Source of the DNA: Bacteroidales bacterium
GTDB lineage: Bacteria; Bacteroidota; Bacteroidia; Bacteroidales; JAAYJT01
DNA length: 64,000 nucleotides
Assembly (NCBI GenBank): GCA_012522795.1
Contig: JAAYJT010000070.1
Span: forward strand, 26,983 to 90,982
Direction of reading: 5' to 3'
Of the stretch, positions 60,156 to 64,000 are shown piece after piece. The position numbers and the translations under genes were made by a program. The notes beneath the pieces were generated by a model. That model was given only the letters and a program-made list of their open reading frames with translations, had not been told where the DNA came from and did not search any database. How positions within the stretch are numbered: position 1 is the stretch's first letter; every line of letters begins with the position of its first letter.

Positions 60156-61196
60156 ATGGCAAAGAAAATAGACACAAGCACTATCGTAATTGAAAACATT
60201 ATTGTTCATAGTATTCCTAGGCACAGGAAAGGGGATTTTTCTATTAAACCCAAATATAGTGAACAAGAAAGCTCATTACCAGACGGTTTAAGAGTCTTTT
60301 TTAAAGATAAAATAATACAGTCTTTACAGAGTAATAAAGAATTAAGAGTCTGCTATGACACTGAAAGTGTTTCTCCAGTTTCAACATATATTAATCAAAT
60401 TTTAAATACTGATGGTGCTGAATTAGTTAAGCAATCAAAGCTAATGACTAAGTATTTATTTGAAATTCAGGGAGGCCAAAATTCATCAGGAATATTAGTT
60501 GTTATTTTCGGTAAAATTAACAACCAAAACACTTGCATAATTATTAAGCTAGAAAAAGATGAAGGGGCGCAGTTAGAGCTAGATCCTAAAACAAACTCTT
60601 TTAATATTAAAGATGTAAAAAACTTAATGCTTACACGAAGAACTAAAATATATAAGGTTGGATTATTTGTTGACAAGTCAGTTTTCGAAATTAAGTATGA
60701 CGGAAGTACAGCAGATTTACAGATAGATCCTAAAACTAAAAAAGAAGTTACGACTTGGTTTATTGAGAAATTTTTAGGTTGCGTTCCTCTTGCTGACCCA
60801 AGAACTACTACAAAGAAATTTCATGATCTTACAACAACATTTATTCAAAGTATAGAAGATCCTATTAAGAAAGCAAAATACACACAAGACTTAAATTCAT
60901 ATTTACAAAAAAACACTCACAGAATAAGTGCAAAGGAATTTGCAGATGATTATATGGAAACATCAGACAAAGATCTTTACAATAATTATTTAAAAGAAAA
61001 AGAGTTTAGAATGTCTGAGTTTCCCAAGGACAATTATTTCATAGAAAATAAAATAAAAAAATTAACCATGACTTTTGACAATGATATTGCTATTGTTGGA
61101 AACAAGGGGACATTTGATCAAAACGTCAAGTTAGAAAAACAAAAAGATGGCACAACTAAAGCTGAAATAATATCTAAAGTAAAAAGTGTTCGATAA
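60156..61196 (+). CDS. Divergent NdpA/YejK-like (NA37 family) nucleoid-associated protein
   Basis: The N-terminal IIVHSIP motif corresponds to the I..H.L/V start of the family. A central SSGILVVIFG and TWFIEKFLGCVP (family F...FLG motif) are present. The layout parallels the 62186-63235 protein. This is a divergent, unverified call. Confidence 0.55.
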   Translation: MAKKIDTSTIVIENIIVHSIPRHRKGDFSIKPKYSEQESSLPDGLRVFFKDKIIQSLQSNKELRVCYDTESVSPVSTYINQILNTDGAELVKQSKLMTKYLFEIQGGQNSSGILVVIFGKINNQNTCIIIKLEKDEGAQLELDPKTNSFNIKDVKNLMLTRRTKIYKVGLFVDKSVFEIKYDGSTADLQIDPKTKKEVTTWFIEKFLGCVPLADPRTTTKKFHDLTTTFIQSIEDPIKKAKYTQDLNSYLQKNTHRISAKEFADDYMETSDKDLYNNYLKEKEFRMSEFPKDNYFIENKIKKLTMTFDNDIAIVGNKGTFDQNVKLEKQKDGTTKAEIISKVKSVR

Positions 61197-62176
61197 TGAT
61201 AAATGTTCAGAAAATTGTTGATTTATGGAATGAAGAGCAACCTAAATATGAAGAATTAGGAAAAATCGTTTGTGCTTTCATAAAAGATAAAATTACCGAG
61301 TATGAAATATTACCTGAAATTCAATATAGAACAAAGGAGCTCTTAAGCATAATAAAAAAGGTCAAAAAGAAGCAAGATCATAAGGAATATTCCTACCACC
61401 ACCTGAAAGATAAATTAGGCATTAGAATTATCTGTTCTTTTCAAGAGGAATTGGAAATTATTGATAAATTATTGCATGATTTTTTCACAATCATAGAAGC
61501 GGAATATAAGCAAGAGGAGTTAGATTTTGATAAATTAGATTATGTTTCCAATCACTATGATGTCCAAATTAACTTAGACGTTGATGAGTTTGGAAAATAT
61601 ACTAATCTCGGAGCTCTCATTTTTGAGATACAAGTAAGAACATTGAACCAACATGCTTGGTCAAATATGGCGCATTCGTTAGCATATAAACAAGATAAAG
61701 ACTTACCACCAAAGCTAAAACGAAAAGTTTATCGACTACTTTCTTTATATGAATTAGCTGACGATGAATTTTCAAGTGTAAATAAAGCCTTAAAGGAATA
61801 TAAAGACAATCACTCTTTTACTCTTTTGAAAAAACTTGAAGGGAAATTTTATAAGTATGCCAAAATTGATTTTGACAGAGAAATCACTTTGTATACCATT
61901 GATATCCTTTTAAGCTATTACGAAAATGAGGATAGTGTTAATCAAATTATCTGTAAAATTGGCAATTTTATAACTAACAATGAACAAAAAATAAAAAGAA
62001 TATACGATGAAAACAGAAACCGTTTTTACGCAATACTATTTTTAACACAACCTGAAATTTTTATTATTTGGTTTATGCTCCAAAACAATCCATTTACATT
62101 AGAAGATAATTGGGCAAATGATTTTGAAGAAGAAGACCTAGAACAAATTAAAACCCTTTGGGGAAATGACTTATAA
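61196..62176 (+). CDS. RelA/SpoT-domain (small alarmone synthetase / toxSAS-like) nucleotidyltransferase with ~150-aa uncharacterised C-terminal region
   Basis: All synthetase motifs are present: RTKELLS (R45xKxxxS, from nt 61328), DKLGIRI (61409-61426), DYVSNHY, EIQVRT (61625-61642) and HAWSNMAHSLAYK. The start overlaps the upstream stop (TAATG at 61194-61198). Confidence 0.8.
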   Translation: MINVQKIVDLWNEEQPKYEELGKIVCAFIKDKITEYEILPEIQYRTKELLSIIKKVKKKQDHKEYSYHHLKDKLGIRIICSFQEELEIIDKLLHDFFTIIEAEYKQEELDFDKLDYVSNHYDVQINLDVDEFGKYTNLGALIFEIQVRTLNQHAWSNMAHSLAYKQDKDLPPKLKRKVYRLLSLYELADDEFSSVNKALKEYKDNHSFTLLKKLEGKFYKYAKIDFDREITLYTIDILLSYYENEDSVNQIICKIGNFITNNEQKIKRIYDENRNRFYAILFLTQPEIFIIWFMLQNNPFTLEDNWANDFEEEDLEQIKTLWGNDL

Positions 62177-62185
62177 TTTTAAAAT

Positions 62186-63235
62186 ATGTTAGACCTTACA
62201 AATTGTAATATACTTGATCTGATTGCCCACCAAGTTGGCAATCAGACGAATGATGAAGAATTGATATTGTCAGCTTCATTATTGAATACAGAAGACTCTC
62301 ATCTGAGAGAACTCTTGGTTAAGTATTTTCTTTATCCTTTCGAAAATATGCAAGAGTTTTATTCATTTACATTTTCAGATGAAGACTTCACATTAAACCC
62401 CCTTTATCAATATGCGACTAGTATCTTTTCAGAAAAAGATAACTTCAAAATGAAAAGTGAGAGTATTGCAAAACATCTTTATAAAATAGCTTTACACCCT
62501 AAAATAAAATCGGGAGATTTATTTGTAGTAACTCTTGAAAATATAAGTTTAGATGGAGAAATGGTAAACGCTTTAGGCTTTTTTAAATCTGAAAATAGAC
62601 AAGATTTTTTAAAATTGAATAAGATCTCAAAAGAGTTCTCGCTAAAATATGATAAAGGAATCAATATTGAAAAATTAGACAAAGGTTGTTTGATATTCAA
62701 TACTGAAAGAGAGAATGGTTATATATTATCTGTTGTTGACAACACAAACAAAGGAAATGAAGCACAATATTGGATGAATGATTTTTTGGGTGTAAAACCT
62801 ATTAACAACGAATATCATCAAACCAATCAATTTTTGGGTATTACAAAACAGTTTGTAACAAAGCAGTTAGACAACGAATTTGAAATTAATAAAGCTGATA
62901 AAATAGATTTGCTTAATCGTTCAGTTGATTATTTTAAAAAGCATGATCAGTTTGACAAGGAAGAATTTGAAGCAGAAGTTTTTAACGATTCAAATTTAAT
63001 AGAATCATTCCGTCAGTTCGATAAGATTTATAGAAATGAAAATGAAATTGAATTGGATGACAACTTTGTGATTTCCGCACCTGCAGTAAAAAAACAAGCC
63101 CGGGCTTTCAAAAGTGTTCTGAAACTGGATAAAAACTTTCATATTTATATCCACGGCAACCGGGATTTAATAGAACAGGGAGTTGACAAAGACGGACGAA
63201 AATATTATAAAATTTATTACGAAGAGGAAACTTAA
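62186..63235 (+). CDS. NdpA/YejK-family nucleoid-associated protein (Bacteroidota type)
   Basis: ILDLIAHQVGN N-terminus, SGDLFVVTLE, LDKGCLIFNTERENGY, and YWMNDFLGVKP (F..FLG family motif). 349 aa. It starts 9 nt after the RelA/SpoT-like gene. Confidence 0.75.
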   Translation: MLDLTNCNILDLIAHQVGNQTNDEELILSASLLNTEDSHLRELLVKYFLYPFENMQEFYSFTFSDEDFTLNPLYQYATSIFSEKDNFKMKSESIAKHLYKIALHPKIKSGDLFVVTLENISLDGEMVNALGFFKSENRQDFLKLNKISKEFSLKYDKGINIEKLDKGCLIFNTERENGYILSVVDNTNKGNEAQYWMNDFLGVKPINNEYHQTNQFLGITKQFVTKQLDNEFEINKADKIDLLNRSVDYFKKHDQFDKEEFEAEVFNDSNLIESFRQFDKIYRNENEIELDDNFVISAPAVKKQARAFKSVLKLDKNFHIYIHGNRDLIEQGVDKDGRKYYKIYYEEET

Positions 63236-63507
63236 AATATGTTATATTGACATGGAGTCAGAATTAGACTTTTGACATTCAAACAAAAGTTTGATTGTTG
63301 AGAACAAACAAGTCAATGACTCCAAAAATAGCGGACCGGTAGGATGAAGATAGAAATCTGACTATCTTATTATAGATGCAGGTTACCGAGAGGATATATT
63401 TTATTCATTATCTATTTGGAGTTAAGTGCAACAGCAGTTAACATAATATAGATATTATCGCCTGCTACTCCTTTGTAAAAATTATCCTAATCCCTTAATT
63501 CCTCGGA

Positions 63508-64000
63508 CAAAAATCAATTTCTTATTTTTGTACAGTAAATTAGAATACTATGAGTAAATTTTAGTTGGTGCGAAACTCCGTTGTAGGTGAAAAGAGAGAT
63601 TATCTTTGAATTTGAGCAGCATACAACCAGGAAACAGTTGTGCCGGTGCTTAAACAACCACCGCAACAGCTCTATTACAAGCCAAAATACGACAAACGTG
63701 GGTGCAAACTCAGCACAGAGGAGCCGAAAATCATGGGATATATCATCAATCCCGGCCTTAACCTAACTGACAATGAAAATGTTCAAGAGACTGGAGGGAG
63801 TAAACCAATATAACCGATATACAAATATGACCATCATCATAGCAAGTCAACTGTCTGTAGCAAGCTGTTATGATGTAATTTTAGAGGTAACTATCGCAGC
63901 TGCCATATTAGATAGATTGGTTAATACTTCACACAGAATCAAACTAAAAGATGGAAGTTTAAGAAAAAACTGTAATATTGTCAGCAGAAATATTTTTTAA
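63508..64000 (+). pseudogene. Decayed IS21-family istB-like fragment; right copy of the direct repeat (runs off the window end)
   Basis: Aligns with 55149-55639. The translation MTIIIASQLSVASCYDVILEVTIAAAILDRLVNTSHRIKLKDGSLRK retains the IstB C-terminal pattern. Upstream frames are broken differently from the left copy. Confidence 0.6.

Noticed and set aside
63245-63322. Apparent inverted repeats (TTGAC..GGAGTCA ... GTCAA TGACTCC) downstream of the last island gene
   Set aside because: The complementary blocks are in the wrong relative order to form one hairpin, and no U-tract follows. I could not support a call as a terminator or att site.
1-64000. Search by eye for CRISPR arrays, tRNA/rRNA genes, integrases or transposases near the two islands
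   Set aside because: I found no regularly spaced short repeats, no tRNA-like acceptor/T-arm sequences and no integrase or transposase ORFs. Only the istB relics are present. Absence judged by eye is not proof, so tRNAscan, Infernal and CRISPR finders should be run.

Overview
The window looks like a chromosomal segment from a Bacteroidota-type, probably anaerobic, bacterium. The evidence is a porP/sprF-gldKLMN type IX secretion and gliding operon, T9SS C-terminal sorting-domain cargo, a FISUMP-domain protein, butyrate kinase, and a DUF134/NifX-like/MinD-type Fe-S cluster. Most of the window is ordinary core genome: NDH-2, rlmN, a complete sufBCDSE-sufT operon, dxs, leuS, a three-gene polyamine operon, a tricorn-like protease, recG, hutU and others. 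No rRNA, tRNA or CRISPR array was recognised.

Two stretches look more AT-rich by eye (not computed) and appear to be accessory DNA.

(1) About 29.5-33.55 kb. A three-gene Type II restriction-modification cassette (methyltransferase, DpnII/MboI-like endonuclease, methyltransferase) sits on the same strand between the adaptor/permease genes and the TolC gene of an efflux operon.

(2) About 55.15-64.0 kb. An island of roughly 7.9 kb is bracketed by two direct repeats of about 490 bp, which read as decayed IS21-family istB fragments. It carries an XRE-type controller-like HTH gene that overlaps the start of a 1305-aa single-chain nuclease-methylase-specificity enzyme (Type IIB/IIG-like). Directly downstream is a tightly packed trio: an NdpA/YejK-like nucleoid-associated protein, a RelA/SpoT-type (small alarmone synthetase/toxSAS-like) nucleotidyltransferase, and a second NdpA-like protein.

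I do not recognise that trio as a named defence or toxin-antitoxin system. It is my best candidate for the undescribed system. All functional calls come from motif and family recognition by eye on the supplied translations. No searches were run.
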